Part shown: positions 62,097-64,000 of the stretch, piece after piece
Position numbering within the stretch: the stretch's first letter is position 1
Layout of the letters: every line of letters begins with the position of its first letter
Origin: an uncultured Chloroflexia bacterium
GTDB taxonomy: Bacteria > Chloroflexota > Limnocylindria > Limnocylindrales > CSP1-4
Direction of reading: 5' to 3'
Assembly: GCA_963813335.1 (NCBI GenBank)
Contig: CAWEYL010000001.1
Coordinates: forward strand, 832,001-896,000
Length of the DNA: 64,000 bases
Notes under the pieces: model-generated
The model's input: only the letters and a program-made list of their open reading frames with translations
Database searches by the model: none
Told to the model about the DNA's origin: nothing
Translations under genes and position numbers: made by a program

Positions 62097-62698
62097 GTCA
62101 CGGACGAGGCGCGGGTGTAGCGGAGCGGCTTGATCGGCCGGCCGGCCGCCGAGTCCTCGAGGAGCGACGCGAAGCGCCGCTCGCGGGTGGCGGCCTGCTT
62201 GGCCCCGGCCAGCCAGCCCAGGACGGTCCGGCGGTACGACGGCGGTCGGCGTTCCCAGTCCGCCCAGGCCGCGGCGTCGGCCCGGAACCGTGCCTCCTCG
62301 TCCGGTGTCAGCGCCCCGGGCGGGCGCTCGTAGGTGTAGACCGCCGTCCTCGCGTCGGTCCGGGCGTCGAACGCGGCGAGGCCGGCGGGCCGCATCCGCC
62401 CCTCCGCGGTCAGTGCCGCGACTTTGGCCACGTTGATCGCGCTCCAGTTGCTCCCCTTGCGCCGCGGCGTGAACCGCTGCGCGTGGGAGTCCTTGTCCAG
62501 GCTGTACCGGACGCTGTCGATCCAGCCGACGCACAGGGCCTCGTCGACGGCGAGGGACCACTCGATGCTCGGCCGGCCGGTCGACTTCTTGTAGCCGCCC
62601 AGCCACAGCTCCGTGGCGGTGTCGGCGTTGGCGTCGAACCAGTCGCGCAACCCCTCGGGCGTCTCGAAGAACCGGACGTCGCGCGGCTCGGGCTTCAC
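62093..62698 (-). CDS. YdeI/OmpD-associated family protein
   Basis: AVDEALCVGWIDS, FTPRRKGSNWSAIN, GRMRPAG, AKQAATRERR. Confidence 0.88.
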   Translation of the reverse strand: MKPEPRDVRFFETPEGLRDWFDANADTATELWLGGYKKSTGRPSIEWSLAVDEALCVGWIDSVRYSLDKDSHAQRFTPRRKGSNWSAINVAKVAALTAEGRMRPAGLAAFDARTDARTAVYTYERPPGALTPDEEARFRADAAAWADWERRPPSYRRTVLGWLAGAKQAATRERRFASLLEDSAAGRPIKPLRYTRASSVT

Positions 62699-64000
62699 GG
62701 CGCCTGCTGGGCGACGGCAGCGTGGCGGAGCAGCGCCCAGGCCCGCTCGAGGTGGCGCGGCTCCGTCCGCAGGTTCCCGACCGACACGCGGATCGTGAAC
62801 CGGCCGGCGAGGCGCGTATGCGAGAGGAAGACCTCGCCCGTCCGATTGACGGCATCCATGATCGCGGCGTTCGCGTCGTCGAGCGCCTCGTCCGACCCGC
62901 TCCAGTCGCGCGGGTGCCAGCGGAAGCAGACCGTCGAGAACGGGACGGGCGCCAGCCGCTCCCAGTCCGGGTCGGCGTCGACCTGGGCCGCCAACCACGC
63001 CGCCATCGCGAGGTGCTCGCGGATCCGCCGGCGCAGCCCTTCGAGCCCGAACCAGCGCAGCTGGATCCACAGCTTGAGTGCGCGGAACCGGCGGCCGAGC
63101 TGCGGCGTGTAGTCGGTGTAGTCGCGGACCGGCGCGACCCGGTCGAGCGTGCGCAGGTACTCCGGGTGGAGGCTGAACGCCGCGTGCAGCACGTCCATGC
63201 GGCGCGTGAGCAGCAGCGATGCGTCGAGCGGGGTGAACAGCCACTTGTGCGGGTTCACGACGATGGAATCGGCGCGCTCCCAGCCCGCGAACGGACCGCG
63301 GCACTCCGGCAGCAGGGCGACGGCGCCGGCATAGGCAGAATCGACGTGGAGCCAGAGCCCTTCGGCCTCGGCGATGTCGGCGATCGCGGCGACCGGGTCG
63401 ACCGAGGTGGACGAGGTCGTGCCGACGGTCGCGACGATCGCGATGGGCCGGTGGCCGGCCGCCCGGTCGGCGGTGATCGCGGCGCGGAGCGCATCCGGCT
63501 CGAGCTCGAAACGGGCGTTCGTCGGGATCCGCACCAGCGCGTCCCGCCCGAGGCCGAGCGTCATGCACGCTTTCTCGATCGAGCTGTGCGCCTCGGCCGA
63601 GGCATAGACCCGGAGCGCGGGGAGGTCCGCGCGCCCCGTCAGGCCCTCCTGCGCGGCGTCGATCCCGGCCGCCTGGCGTGCCGCCGCCAACGCGATGAGC
63701 GACGACGTCGAGGCCGTGTCGGTCAGCAGGCCGTCGAAGGCCTCGGGCAGCCCGAAGCCCTGGCGCAGCCAGTCGACGACGACCCCCTCGAGCTCGGTGC
63801 CGATCGGCGAGGTCCGCCACAGCATCGGGTTCTGGCCGAGGGTCGCCGTGAGCATCTCGCCGAGGATCCCGGGCCCGGACGCGGTCGTCGCGAAGTACGC
63901 GAGGAAACCGGGGTGCTGCCACCCGGTGGCGTTCGGCTCGATGAGCCGCTGGTAGTCGGCCAGGATCGCGTCGATGGGCTCGGGGCCCTCCGGCGCGCTC
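62695..64000 (-). CDS. Group II PLP-dependent (aromatic L-amino acid) decarboxylase, 5' end beyond window
   Basis: WQHPGFLAYF, EAHSSIEKA, TVGTT, HVDSAYAG, NPHKWL, LGRRFRALKLW. Confidence 0.92.
   Translation of the reverse strand, partial: SAPEGPEPIDAILADYQRLIEPNATGWQHPGFLAYFATTASGPGILGEMLTATLGQNPMLWRTSPIGTELEGVVVDWLRQGFGLPEAFDGLLTDTASTSSLIALAAARQAAGIDAAQEGLTGRADLPALRVYASAEAHSSIEKACMTLGLGRDALVRIPTNARFELEPDALRAAITADRAAGHRPIAIVATVGTTSSTSVDPVAAIADIAEAEGLWLHVDSAYAGAVALLPECRGPFAGWERADSIVVNPHKWLFTPLDASLLLTRRMDVLHAAFSLHPEYLRTLDRVAPVRDYTDYTPQLGRRFRALKLWIQLRWFGLEGLRRRIREHLAMAAWLAAQVDADPDWERLAPVPFSTVCFRWHPRDWSGSDEALDDANAAIMDAVNRTGEVFLSHTRLAGRFTIRVSVGNLRTEPRHLERAWALLRHAAVAQQAP

Overview
A very GC-rich bacterial chromosomal window. 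Gene content (DUF951, paired DUF881, peptidase MA, VanW, DUF4332, ECF/anti-sigma pair) suggests Chloroflexota, possibly Limnocylindria-like; this is inference only. It carries the thrS(T-box)-infC-rpmI-rplT-pheS-pheT cluster, tRNA-Val(GAC), tRNA-Arg(CCT), cysS, ccdA/tlpA, nrdR-dcd, ETF/acyl-CoA dehydrogenase/FadF, Moco genes and accessory genes. About 15 genes, including essential pheS, carry single-base frameshifts, most likely sequencing or assembly indels; CDS calls below are stitched across them. Best candidates for undescribed biology: (1) a GT2/GT-A-fold protein with an N-terminal near-copy of the CysRS anticodon-binding domain, convergent with cysS; (2) a module next to tRNA-Val encoding GNAT, UBP zinc finger, ferritin-like protein, STAND ATPase-LuxR and a ferredoxin-class III nucleotide cyclase fusion; (3) a 290-bp REP-like insertion that duplicated the shared stop-codon junction of two convergent genes; (4) tandem NrdR boxes ahead of nrdR-dcd-MBL hydrolase; (5) pervasive leaderless promoters. 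No CRISPR array, integrase or transposase was seen. All family assignments come from motif recognition by eye, not database searches.
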